Positions 1 through 13,161 of a DNA stretch of 44,027 nt are shown in pieces. Location: contig CDRNVI010000175.1 of NCBI GenBank assembly GCA_977017575.1, forward strand, positions 1-44,027, read 5' to 3'. The translations under genes were made by a program, and so were the position numbers. The stretch comes from Paramoeba atlantica (Eukaryota > Protista > Discosea). The notes beneath the pieces were generated by a model. It saw only the letters and a list, made by a program, of their open reading frames with translations. It was not told the DNA's origin and searched no databases. The stretch's first letter is position 1; every line of letters begins with the position of its first letter.

Positions 1-2026
1 AAGAAGAGATGATGAAAAGAAGAAGAAAGGAAGAAGAAGAGAAAAAGAAAAGATTTGAATGTGGAATATGTTTGGAATTGATGAGTTGGGAAAAAGAACC
101 AAGGTTGTTACCTTGTTGTGGTCTTTCTTTTTGTTCTCTTTGTCTCAACAAACTCTTACTTCTTCAAAATCCTTCTTCCTCTTCTTCTTCCTCTTCTTCT
201 TCTTCTTCTTCCCCTTCTTTGAAAGGAGTGAAATGTCCAGTTTGTGGCGAAGTGAATGAATGTGAAAGCGTTGAAACACTTTTGATGAATTATTTGATTC
301 CAGAAACAATTGATGTTCTTCTTTCTTCAAATTTGATTTCTTTCTCCAACCAATCAGGTTTTCTTTTTTTTCTTTTTTTTCTTTTTTTTTTGAACTCTCA
401 CTTTATTTCCTCTCTTCCTTTGTGAGAAAGTTATTTCAAAATTGAAAAACAAAACAACAGGAGATGGTGGATCAGAATGTGTGAATTTCGAAATGTGTGG
501 AGAACAAACTCGAATGTATTGTCCTATTTGTAACATGTTTATTTGTGATTCTTGTGATCCATCTCACACTTCTTCTATTTTCACTCGAAATCACAAACGA
601 TCTGAAAGAGATGGTGTTGAGGGAGGAGGTGGAAGAAGAAGATTGGAAGAGGAGGAGGGAGGGGTGGTGGGAGTGATGGGATTGGAGAATTTGAAGAAGA
701 GAGAATGTTCAAAACACCCATCTGAAACAATCAGTGGATATTGTTTTCAATGTTCTTCTTTTGTTTGTACTCATTGTGTTCTTGAAACACATGTTCAACA
801 CAATGAGAAAGTGAAATCAATTGAAGAAAGTATTTTAGAGAAAAGAAATGAAGTTGTAAAGATTGGAGATAAATTGGAGAAAAGATTGATTTGGATTGAA
901 GAGAAAAGAAAAAGAATTGAAAAAGAAATGAAAGAATTAGAAAAGAAATTAGAAAAGAAAAGAATTGAAAAGAAAGAAATAGAATTGGAGAAAGAAGATT
1001 TGAGAATAAGAAAAGATTCAATTATTCGTTTATCCAACACCCCAACACCAACAACAACAACAACAACAACAACTGATTGTGATGTTTCTCTCTTTTTTGA
1101 TGATCAACTTTTTTTCAACTCTTCTTCAAACTGCAACTGATATTGTTTCTGAAGGAGGGATTGTTGGATTTGGAAAGAAAGGAGTGATTTGTTGTGATGG
1201 TGGGGATTCATTTTGTTTAGTTTCTTCTTTTCCCTTGAAGAATGAACCTTGGGGAGTGAGTGTGAACAGTGATGGGAATATTTTTATTTGTAAAGATGAG
1301 GGTGGATTGAAAGTGAGAGATAAAGAAGGAAATGAGATGATTGAATCAACAATTCAGAAAACAATTGATTCACTTCAGTTGGCTCCTGTTGCTGTTTCAA
1401 TTGGATTGAATGATCAAATTGTTGTTCTTGATCATTCTCAAGGTTGTTATAGAGTTGTAATATTAAACAAAGAAGGAGAATTGATCAAATCTTTTGGATC
1501 AAAAGGTTCTGAAGATGGTCAGTTTAATGAACCATATGGTGTGGATGTGGATGAAGAAGGTAGAATTATTATTGCTGACTCTGGAAATCATCGAATTCAA
1601 GTGTTTGATAATGATGGATCTTTTCTTCATTCTTTTGGTTCATTTGGTTCTTCTTTTGGTCAACTTGATGAACCTCGCAGTGTTGTAGTTGATGGAGATG
1701 GGAATATTGTTATTTCTGATTATAAAAATCATCGAATTCAAGTGATGGATATTGAAGGGAATTTTATTCGATGTTTTGGAACATATGGTTCAGGTGATTC
1801 TCAATTGAACTCTCCAGGAGGTGTTGATGTGGATGGGGAAGGTAGAATTGTTGTTTGTGATTCAGGAAATAGAAGAGTGAGTGTGTTTGAGAAAGATGGA
1901 ACATTTCTTTTTTCATTTGGTAAACCTCACATGGGGGGTCCTATTGGGGTTGTTGTTGATTCATTTGGAACAATTATTGTTTCAGATTATGAGAAAAAGT
2001 CAATTGAATTTTGGAAATCATTTTGA
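1..2026 (+). CDS. TRIM-NHL protein copy 1 (RING-Bbox-Bbox-coiled coil-NHL); 5' end outside window; one +1 frameshift
   Basis: RING CGIC...PCCGLSFCSLC...CPVC (9-357); GT-AG intron 358-460; B-box1 CVNFEMC...CPICNMFICDSC..H, B-box2 CSKH...CFQC...CTHC...H; E/K coiled coil; six NHL blades ending FWKSF* at 2026. Seven T at 1109-1115 versus six in sister copies shifts frame between ORFs 442-1140 and 1079-2026. Confidence 0.88.
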
Positions 2027-3382
2027 AAAGAGATGGAGGTTTTTTCTTTTATCTTTTTTCTCTTTTTGATTTTGATTTATTTTATTTTATTATTTTGGAT
2101 CATTTTTTCTTTTTGTTTCCTTTTTTGTTTGAAGAAAATTAAAAACAAGAAATTAAGATATTTTTTTCTCTTCTCTTCTCTTTTTCCCTTCCCCCCCCTT
2201 CCTCCCCTCCTCCCCTCCTCCCCTTTCTCCTTAGTCTCTGTTGTGGTGTGGTGTGGTCTTCTTCTTCCCCCCAAAATCATCATCATTCTTCTTCTTCCAA
2301 TTTTTGATTCAATTTTTTATCCTTCTTCTTCAAAAACAACTTTTCTTATTTTGTTTCTCCTCTTCATTTTTGTGTTTATTGTTGTTGTGTTTTTGTGTTT
2401 TGTGTTTTTGTGAAAGTTCTCTCTCTTTCTCTCTTCCTCTTCTCTTTTTTTTTTGATTTACATTATTTTTCTTTTTTTGTTTTCTTCAAATTTTGTTGTT
2501 GTTAAAAAGAAATGATTCTTTTTTGTTGTGCTGAGATTTCCATTTTTTTGTTCCTTCTTTTTATTTGGTTGAATAAATAATACCCAAACTCAACAACACT
2601 CTTTCAAAACTCAAAAACATCTTTTTTTTTCTTTTTTTTGTTGTTGTTGGGAGTGGGGAGAGGAGGAATTCATTTTTTTTTGGTTCATTGAAGGAGACAA
2701 ACACAATTTTTAGAAAAAAGAAATTTTAATCAACAAAAAATTGAAAAATAGTAATTCCATAAAAGGATCAAGAAATTGAGAAATGAAGAAAGAAAAAGAA
2801 AGAAAGAAAAGGATGAGGGAGAGAAGAAGAAAGAGATATCAGAAACAGACAAAGGGAGAGTGAAGTAAGGGAGAGGAGGAGAGGAGAGAAAGAGAGAGTC
2901 ATGATTGGTCTGTGGAGCAAATCGAAAAAAAAGGTTTGAAAGAAGGAGAATAAAATCAAAGCGAAAAATTGGGAACAAAAAGAACACCCCAACATTTTGT
3001 GCACCAGAAAAGACTAAAAAGAAAGGAAAAGGGAGGGAACGAAAGAGATAAAAATCGAATTGAAATTGAAGAAGAAGAAGGTGATTGGAAAAGAAGAAGA
3101 CCACACCACACCACACCACACCACAACAGAGACTAAAACTAAAAAGAGGGGGAAAGAGAAAAAATGTTAATTTCTTTCATTTTCCTCTAAAAAACAAGAA
3201 AAAAAATAAACAAAAATAAAAAAATAAAATTAAATGAAAATCAAAAAGAAAAAAGAAAAAAAAATAAACAAAACAAAGAACACACCTTCACTTCACCAAC
3301 ACTTTTCAAAAAAGAAACAAAAAAAAAAGAAAAGAGAAAAGGAAATGAAAAAAAACAAACCCTCTTTTCCCTTCTCTCTTTT

Positions 3383-5681
3383 TCAAAATGATTTCCAAAA
3401 TTCAATTGACTTTTTCTCATTATCTGAAACAATAATTGTTCCAAATGAATCAACAACAACCCCATTAGGATTCTTCATGTGAGGTTTACCAAATGAAAAA
3501 AGAAATGTTCCATCTTTCTCAAACACACTCGCTCTTCTATTTCCTTGATCACAAACAACAATTCTACCTTCCCCATCCACATCAACACCTCTTGGAGAAT
3601 CAAATTGAGAATCACCTGAACCTCTTGTTCCAAAACATCGAATAAAATTCCCTTCAATATCCATCACTTGAATCCGATGATTCCCAAACTCAGAAATAAC
3701 AATATTCCCATCTCTATCAACTACAACACTTTTTGGTTGCTTAAATTGACCTTCAGAAGAACCAAATGAACCAAAAGAATGAAGAAAAGATCCATCATTA
3801 TCAAACACTTGAATTCGATGATTCAAAGTATCACAAACAATAATTCTACCTTCTTCATCCACATCCACACCACATGGGATATCAAACTGACCATCTTTAG
3901 AACCATTTGATCCAAAAGATTTGATCAATTCTCCTTCTTTGTTTAATATTACAACTTGATGAGAACCTTGAGAATGATCAAGAACAACAATTTGATCATT
4001 CAATCCAATTGAAACATCAACAGGTTTCAATGAAGTGAATCAATTGTTTTCTGAATTGTTGATTCAATCATCTCATTTCCTTCTTTATCTCTCACTTTCA
4101 ATCCACCCTGAATTTCACAAATAAAAATATTCCCATCACTGTTCACACTCACTCCAAAAGGTCCGTCCTTCAAAGGAAAAGAAGAAACAAAACAAAATGA
4201 ATCACCACCACCATCACAACAAATTACTCCTTTCTTTGGTTTCAGTGCTTCACCAACACCTCCTTCAGAAACAATATCAGTTGCAGTTTGAAGAAGAGTT
4301 GAAAAAAGTTGATCATCAAAAAAGAGAGAAACATCACAATCAGTTGTTGTTGTTGTTGTTGTTGTTGGTGTGTTGGATAAACGAATAATTGAATCTTTTC
4401 TGATTCTCAAATCTTCTTTCTCTAATTCTATTTCTTTTTTTTCAATTCTTTTCTTTTCTAATTTCTCTTCTAATTCTTTCATTTCTTTTTCAATCCTTTT
4501 TCTTTTCTCTTCAATCTCAATCAATCTTTTCTCCAATTTATCTCCAATCTTTACAATTTCATTTCTCTTCTCTAAAATACTTTCTTCAATCGATTTTACT
4601 TTCTCATTGTGTTCGACATGAGTTTCAAGAATACAACGAGTACAAACAAAAGAAGAACATTGAAAACAATACCCACTGATTGTTTCAGATGGGTGTTTTG
4701 AACATTCTCTCTTCTTCAAATTCTCCAATCCCATCACTCCCACCACCCCTCCCTCCTCTTCCAATCTTCTTCTTCCACCTCCTCCCTCAACACCATCTCT
4801 TTCAGATCGTTTGCGATTTCGAGTGAAAATAGAAGAGGAGTGAGAAGAATGATCACAAGAATCACAAATAAAGACTTTACAATCAGAACAATACATTCGA
4901 GTTTGTTCTCCACATGTTTCGAAATTCGCACATCTTCTTTGAACTTCTCCTGATTTGTTTTATTTTGTTGTTTCAAAAAGAAGAAAATAAATCAGTGAAG
5001 GTGGCAGGGGGTGGGTCGAACTCCCCAAAAAAGAAAAAAGAAAGAAAAATGAAAAGAAAAAAAGAAGAAACCTGAAGTTGATTGATTGGAGAAAGAAATC
5101 AAATTTGAAGAAAGAAGAACATCAATCGTTTCTGGAATCAAATAATTCATCATAAGTGCTCCAATGCTTTCACATTCGTTCATTTCTCGACAAATTGGAC
5201 ATTTCACTCCTTTCAAAGAAGAAATGGGAGAGGGAGAAGGGGAGGAGGAAGAAGAAGAAGAGGAAGAAGGAGAAGAAGAGGGAGATGAGGAAGAAGAAGA
5301 AGAAGGATTTTGAAGAAGAAAGAGTTTGTTGAGACAAAGAGAACAAAAAGAAAGACCACAACAAGGTAACAATCTTGGTTCTTTTTCCCAATTCATCAAT
5401 TCCAAACATATTCCACATTCAAATCTTTTCTTTTTCTCTTCTTCTTCCTTTCTTCTCCTTTTCATCATCTCTTCTTCTTGTTCTCTTTCTCCTTCTTCCT
5501 CTCGCTCTTTTCTTTGTTGTTCTTGATCTTCTATTTCTTGTTCTTCTCCAACATCACTTTCATCATCATCAGATTGTTCTTCTTTCTTTTCTTTTCTTGT
5601 TTTTCGTTTCTCTTTCTCATTCTCACTCTCCACAATCTCTATTCCTCCTCTCTTTTTCTCTTCTTTTTTTTTTTCACTCAT
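3383..5681 (-). CDS. TRIM-NHL protein copy 2; one -1 frameshift
   Basis: ATG 5681 (MSEKKKEEKKRGG), RING exon to 5072, intron 5071-4950, exon 2 4949-3383. Exon total 2177 nt, one short of a multiple of 3. The missing base is at 4029-4030 (CAT-TG-AAA versus CAT-TTG-AAC in copy 5). Confidence 0.88.
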
Positions 5682-7252
5682 TTTGTTTTCACGTCCCACC
5701 CAACAACAAAAAAGGAAACAACTTTTGAAAAGAGAAGAACAAAAACACAAGTAAAATAGATGAAAGATCTCTGAGTGAAACAATAAATAATCAATAACCA
5801 CAACACACACAAACAAAAAGAGAACAAAATGATTTTTACACACATAAAAACAAGAAAAAAGAAGGATTCAAAGATAAAAATAAAAATCAAAACCTTTTTC
5901 TCAAAATTTCTAAAAAAAAAAGAGAGAGGATACAAAAAAAACAAGCAGTAGAAGAGGGAGAAGAAGAAAACGAAAAATGTCCAGAGACTCCAACAACAAG
6001 AACAAAAGAAAGCCTGAATAATTCACAAAAGAGAGAGAGAAAAACGCTGTCAACAAAAGATCCAAAAAAGACAAAGAGAGAAAGAGAGGAGAAAGAGAAA
6101 AAGAGAAGAGAGGAAAACACAAAAATGAAAAATGGCAAGAGGAGAGAAGAGGAGGGACAAAAAAATGGAGAAAAAAATGGAGAAAAAAGAAGACTCTGAA
6201 AGAAATCAAAACTGTGAGGCAAATCAGAAACCAAAATGAAATGTCCAAATGAAGTGCAAGAGAGAGAGAGAGAGAGACAGAGAGAGGAGCGCAAAACAAA
6301 ATCTCAGCAAAGAAGAGAAACAACAGAAAGATGGGAAGAAGAGAAGAAACAAAAATAAAAGAGGATGTTGTCCAAAAAGAGGTCCAACAAAAACTCAAAA
6401 AAAGAGATTCAACGAGAACTGAAATCAAGAGAGAGACAGACAGAACAAAAGGAAAAAAAAACAGAAAGAAAGAAAGAACAAGAGAAGAGACAGAGAGAAA
6501 AAAAAAGAGAAAAAAAGGAAGGATACGAAAAGAGGATTCAAAACTTTTTAAACCTCTGAAAAAAATATCACAAAAACACACCAAAAACTGTTTCTTTTTC
6601 GTTTTTTTCCCTCTCTCTCTTCTCTCTCTTTTCTCTCTTCTCTCTTTTCTCTTCTTCCCTTCTTTGACATATTGTTTTGGACTCTCTTTCTCTCTCTCTC
6701 TCCTTTCATTTTGGGGATTTTTTGTGTCGTTATCTTGAAGATTTCTTCTCTTTCTTCTTCTCTCTTTTGGAAGCTCTTTCCTCTCTCTCATTTTTTTTCG
6801 TTTGTTTGGGGATCTCTTTCTTTCTCTTGGTGTTTTATATTTTGGACCCTTTTTGGATTATATTGTTTTTGGAGAGAGACTCTCTCTTTTCTTCTTTTCT
6901 CTTTCTTTGCAAAAGAAGAAAAGCTTTCGTGACTTTTTGGAAGATGTTTGTATTTTTCATTTTTTACTTTCTTTTTTCTCTTTTTGTCAGACAAAAGAGA
7001 AATTAATTTTTGAAAAAATTGTTAGAACCTCTTTCTCTCTTTTCTCTCTCTCTCTCTTTGGAGGACATTCTTCTCTCCATTGTTCCTCTTTTTATTCCTT
7101 TTGTTTTGGGGGGGGTAGTACCAGTCTCTTTTGTGTGGGTGATAGTTTTTTGGTTTGATTTTTTCTTTTTCCTTTTTTCCTTTTCCTTTTATTTCTTATT
7201 TTTTTGTTGTATTGATTGATCTCTTTTCTCACACACAGGGAAGAGAGACAAA

Positions 7253-9522
7253 ATGAGTGAAAAAAGAGGAAAGAGAAAAAGAGGAGGAAAAACAGAATTA
7301 GAAAGTGAGAAAAAGAGAAAAACCAAAAAAGGAAAGAAAGAGAAGAAGATGATGATGTTGTTGTTGTAATTGAAGATGACAATGTTGATGAAAAAGAACA
7401 AAGAGAAAGAAGAAATGAGGATGTTCTTGGAAAGAGAGAACAACAAGTGGGACAAAATGAAGGAGAAAGAGAAAGAGAAGAAGAAAGAAGGAAAAGAAGA
7501 AGAAAGGAAGAAGAGAAAAAGAAAAGATTTGAATGTGGAATATGTTTGGAATTGATGAGTTGGGAAAAAGAACCAAGGTTGTTACCTTGTTGTGGTCTTT
7601 CTTTTTGTTCTCTTTGTCTCAACAAACTCTTACTTCTTCAAAACCCTTCCTCCTCTTCTTCCTCTTCTCCCTCTTCTTCATCCTTTTCTTCTTTGAAAGG
7701 AGTGAAATGTCCAGTTTGTAGAGAAATGAACGAATGTGAAAGCATTGAAACACTTTCGATGAATTATTTGATTCCAGAAACAATTGATGTTCTTCTTTCT
7801 TCAAATTTGATCTCTTTCTCCCAACAATCAACTTCAGGTTTCTCCATTTTTTTCTCCATTTTTTGAACTCTAACTTTCCTCTCTTCCTTTTGAGAGAAAG
7901 GTTATTTCAAAAGTTGAAAAAACATGTTTTTTGAAAAACAAAACAACAGGAGATGGTGGATCAGAATGTGCGAATTTCGAAACGTGTGGAAAACAAACTC
8001 GAATGTTTTGTCCTGATTGTAAAGTCTTTATTTGTGATTCTTGTGATCCATCTCACACTTCAAATGTTTTCACTCGAAATCACAAACGATCTGAAAGAGA
8101 TGGTGTTGAGGGAGGAGGTGGAAGAAGAAGATTGGAAGAGGAGGGGGTGACAATGGTGGGAGTGATGGGATTGGAGAATTTGAAGAAGAGAGAATGTTCA
8201 AAACACCCATCTGAAACAATTTGTGGATATTGTTTTCAATGTTCTTCTTTTGTTTGTGTTTGTTGTATTCTTGAAACACATGTTCAACACAATGAGAAAG
8301 TGAAATCAATTGAAGAAAGTATTTTAGAGAAAAGGAATGAAATTGTAAAGATTGGAGATAAATTGGAGAAAAGATTGATTGAGATTGAAGAGAAAAGAAA
8401 AAGGATTGAAAAAGAAATGAAAGAATTAGAAGAGAAATTAGAAAAGAAAAGAATTGAAAAAAAAGAAATAGAATTGGAGAAAGAAGATTTGAGAATAAGA
8501 AAAGATTCAATTATTCGTTTATCCAACACACCAACACCAACAACAACAACAACAACAACTGATTGTGATGTTTCTCTCTTTTTGATGATCAACTTTTTTC
8601 AACTCTTCTTCAAACTGCAACTGATATTGTTTCTGAAGGAGGTGTTGTTGGATTATTCTCAAAACCAAAGAAAGGAGTGATTTGTTGTGATGGTGGTGGT
8701 GATTCTTTTCGTTTAGTTTCTTCTTTTCCTTTGAAGAACGGACCTTCTGGAGTGAGTGTGAACAGTGATGGGAATATTTTTATTTGTAAATTTGGGGGTG
8801 GATTGAGTGTGAGAGATAAAGAAGGAAATGAGATGATTGAGTCAACAATTCAGAAAACAATTGATTCACTTCAGTTGGCTCCTGTTGATGTTTCAATTGG
8901 ATTGAATGATCAAATTGTTGTTCTTGATCATTCTCAAGGTTGTGATAGAGTTGCAATATTAAACAAAGAAGGAGAATTGATCAAATCTTTTGGATCAAAA
9001 GGTTCTAAAGATGGTCAGTTTAATATTCCATATGGTGTGTATGTGGATGAAGAAGGTAGAATTATTGTTGTTGATACTTGGAATCATCGAATTCAAGTGT
9101 TTGAGAATGATGGATCTTTTCTTCGTTCTTTTGGTTCAAAAGGTTCTTCTGAAGGTCAATTTGATCAAATTGACAGTGTTGTAGTTGATAGAGATGGGAA
9201 TATTGTTATTTCTGATTCTGGAAATCATCGGATTCAAGTGATGGATATTGAAGGGAATTTTATTCGATGTTTTGGAACAAGAGGTTCAGGTGATTCTCAA
9301 TTGAACCATCCACAAGGTGTTGATGTGGATGGGGAAGGTAGAATTGTTGTTTGTGATAGAGGAAATGAAAGAGTGAGTGTGTTTGAGAAAGATGGAACAT
9401 TTCTTTTTTCATTTGGTAAACATCACATGGTGAATCCTATTGGGGTTGTTGTTGATTCATTTGGAACAATTATTGTTTCAGATTATGAGAAAAATTCAAT
9501 TGAATTTTGGAAATCATTTTGA
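7253..9522 (+). CDS. TRIM-NHL protein copy 3; two -1 frameshifts (possible pseudogene or assembly error)
   Basis: ATG 7253 (MSEKRGKRKRGG, same N-terminal type as copy 5), intron 7838-7949, stop 9522. One A missing near 7343 and five T instead of six at 8579-8583; exon total 2158 nt, +2 restores frame. Confidence 0.85.
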
Positions 9523-10855
9523 AAAGAGATAGAGGTTTTTTCTTTTCTCTTTTTTTTCTCTTTTTTTCTTTTTTGATTTTGATTTGTTTTTTTTTTTTGT
9601 ATCATTTTTTTCTTTCTTTTTTCTTTTTGTTTCCTTTTTTTGTTTGAAGAAAATTAAAAACAAGAAATTAAGATATTTTTTTCTCTTCTCTTCTCTTTTC
9701 CCCCTTCCTCCCCTTCCTCCCCTCCTCCCTTTTCTCCTTTTTTAGTCTCTGTTGTGGTGTGGTGCAGTGGTCTTCTTCTTCCCCCCCAAAATCATCATCA
9801 TTCTTCTTCTTCCAATTTTTGATTTGATTTTTGATCCTTCTTCTTCTTCTTCAAAAACACTTTTCTTGATTTTGTTTCTCCTCTTCATTTTTGTGTTTCT
9901 CCTCTTCATTTGTGTTTTATTGTTGTTGTGTGTGTGTTTTGTGTTTTTGTGAAAATTTTCTCTCTTCCCTTCCTCTTCTCTTTTTTTTTGATTGAAATTA
10001 TTTTTCTTTTTTTGTTTTCTTCTAATTTTGTATTCTTCTTTTTGTTGAGATTTTTTTTTTGTCTTCTTTTTTGTTCTGTTAATTTTTTGTTCTTTTTGTT
10101 CCTTCTTTTTTGTTTTGTTCTTTTTGTTGATTCATCTTTTTTATTTGGTTGAATAAAAACTCAAAAACAACTATTTTTTCTTTTTTTTTGTTGGGGGGAG
10201 AGGAGGAATTCATATATTTTGGTTCATATTGAATGAGAGAAACACAATTTTTGGAAAAAAGAAAATTTTTAATCAATAAAAAAATTGAGAAATAGTATTT
10301 CACAAAAGGATCAAGAAATCGAGAAAATTCTCATCCAGCCCCACATCAAAAACAAATGAGAGATGAAGAAAGAAAAGAAAAGAAGAAGAGAAGAAGAAAG
10401 AACAAGATAAGAATCAGACAAAGGGAGAGTGGAGGTGAGGGAGGAGGAGAAAGAGAGAGTCATGATTGGTCTAATCATAACCTTTTTCGAAAAAGGTTTG
10501 AAAGAAGGAAAATTCGAAGAGAAAAATTGGAAACAAGAACACCCCAACAATTGTGCACCAGAGACTAAAAGAAAGGAAAAGGGAGGGAAGGAAAGAGAAA
10601 GAGAAGGTGTTAATAAATCGATACTAAATGAAAAAATAACACAGATATTCAAAATGAGAACCATTTTTTGACATGAAAAAAATATTTTGTTAATCTCATC
10701 CAATTTCAAAAGAAAAGACAACCAAAATCATTTTTTCATTTTTCACAAACAACAACAGAGAAACAAAACAAACGCACATCTCAAAATAACAAGATGGAAA
10801 ATCAAAAATGAAAAAAAGAGAAAAAAAAGAAAAAAGAAAAAACCTCTATCTCTTT

Positions 10856-12724
10856 TCAAAATGATTTCCAAAATTCAATTGACATTTTCTCCCAATCTGA
10901 AACAATAATTGTTCCAAATGAATCAACAACAACCCCAATAGGATTCTTCATGTGATGTTTACCAAATGAAAAAAGAAATGTTCCATCTTTCTCAAACACA
11001 CTCACTCTTCCATTTCCTCCATCACAAACAACAATTCTACCTTCCCCATCCACATCAACACCTTCTGGACGATCTAATTGAGAATCACCTGAACCTCTTG
11101 TTCCAAAACATCGAATAAAATTCCCTTCAATATCCATCACTTGAATTCGATTATTCCCCAAATCAGAAATAACAATATTCCCATCTCTATCAACTACAAC
11201 ACTGTAAGGTTCATCAAATTGACCTTCAGAAGAACCTTTTGAACCAAAAGAATGAAGAAAAGATCCATCATTATCAAACACTTGAATTCGATGATTCAAA
11301 GTATCACAAACAATAATTCTACCTTCTTCATCCACATCCACACCATTTGGATCATTAAACTGACCATCTTCAGAACCTCTTGATCCAAAAGATTTGATCA
11401 ACTCTCCTTCTTTGTTTAATATTACAACTCTATAACGACCTTGAGAATAATCAAGAACAACAATTTGATCATTCAATCCAATTGAAACATCAACAGGTTT
11501 CAACTCAAGTGAAGCAATTGTTTTCTGAATTGTTGATTCAATCATCTCATTTCCTTCAAAATCTCTCACTTTCAATCCATCCTCCCATTCACAAATAAAA
11601 ATATTCCCATCACTGTTCACACTCACTCCAAAAGGTTGATTCTTCAAAGGAAAAGAAGAAACAAAACGAAAAGAATCACCACCACCATCACAACAAATCA
11701 CTCCTTTCTTTGGTTTTGAGAATAATCCATCAACACCTCCTTCAGAAACAATATCATTTGCAGTTTGAAGGAGAGTTGAAAAAAGTTGATCATCAAAAAA
11801 GAGAGAAACATCACAATCAGTTGTTGTTGTTGTTGTTGTTGTTGTTGGGGTGTTGGATAAACGAATAATTGAATCTTTTCTGATTCTCAAATCTTCTTTC
11901 TCTAATTCTATTTCTTTCTTTTCAATTCTTTTCTTTTCTAATTTCTCTTCTAATTCTTTCATTTCTTTTTCAATCCTTTTTCTTTTCTTTTCAATCCAAA
12001 TCAATCTTTTCTCCAATTTATCTCCAATCTTTACAATTTCATTCCTTTTCTCTAAAATACTTTCTTCAATTGATTTCACTTTCTCATTGTGTTGGACATG
12101 AGTTTCAAGAGCACAACGAATACAAACAAAAGAAGAACATTGAAAACAATATCCACTGATTGTTTCAGATGGGTGTTTTGAACATTCTCTCTTCTTCAAA
12201 TTCTCCAATCCCATCACTCCCACCCCTCCCTCCTCCCCTTCCAATCTTCTTCTTCCACCTCCCTCATTACTCTGTTCACCACAAGTAACATTTCGCTGTT
12301 GAGATCGTTTGTGATTTCGAGAGAAAATAGAAGAGGAGTGAGACAGATCACAAGAATCACAAATAAAGCCTTTACAATCAGAACAAAACATTTGAGTTTG
12401 TTCTCCACACGTTTCGAAATTCACACATCGAACTTCTCCTAATTTTTTTTGTTGTTTAAAAAAAGTTCAAATAATTCAAAAACAACAAGAAGAGTAACAA
12501 TGAAAAAAGAAAAAAGAAAAAGAAAAAAAAAATCAAAAAAAAAGAAGAAGAAACCTGAAGTTGATTGTTGGGATAAAGAAATCAAATTTGAAGAAAGAAG
12601 AACATCAATCGTTTCTGGAATCAAATAATTCATCGTAAGTGCCTCAACACTTTCACATTCATTCACTTCTCTACAAATTGGACATTTCACTCCTTTCAAA
12701 GAAGAGGGAGAGGGAGAAGGGAAA

Positions 12725-12756
<32 letters not shown>

Positions 12757-13161
12757 AGAGGGAGATGAGGAAGAAGAAGAAGGATTTTGAAGAAGTAAGA
12801 GTTTGTTGAGACAAAGAGAACAAAAAGAAAGACCACAACAAGGTAACAACCTTGGTTCTTTTTCCCAATTCATCAATTCCAAACATATTCCACATTCAAA
12901 TCTTTTCTTTTTCTCTTCTTCTTCCTTTCTTCTTCTTTTCATCATCTCTTCTTCTCTTTCTCTTTCTCCTTCTTCCTCTCGCTCTTTTCTTTGTTGTTCT
13001 TGATCTTCTATTTCTTGTTCTTCTCCAACATCACTTTCATCATCATCACCAGATTGTTCTTCTTTCTTTTCTTTTCTTGTTTTTCGTTTCTCTTTCTCAT
13101 TCTCACTCTCCACAATCTCTATTCCTCCTCTCTTTTTCTCTTCTTTTTTTCCTTCACTCAT
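10856..13161 (-). CDS. TRIM-NHL protein copy 4, intact, ~729 aa
   Basis: Exons 13161-12555 and 12438-10856 joined by GT-AG intron 12554-12439; total 2190 nt, uninterrupted frame; all domains present. Confidence 0.92.

Noticed and set aside
1100-1120. Programmed ribosomal frameshift at T-runs of TRIM genes
   Set aside because: The shifts occur at different positions and directions in different copies, and copies 4 and 5 are in frame at the same sites.
2900-3010. Kinase-like words (HPNIL, CAPE) and SAM-like WSVE in the convergent spacer
   Set aside because: They fall in different frames, are broken by stops and are not conserved in frame among the three spacer copies.
2033-3465. F/L/S-rich or K/R/E-rich ORFs in spacers (also 5887-7219, 9752-10908, 13310-14100, 38070-38952, 39985-40626, 43043-43990)
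   Set aside because: Shadow frames of low-complexity T/C or A/G tracts, introns and antisense strands; frames are not conserved between duplicated copies.
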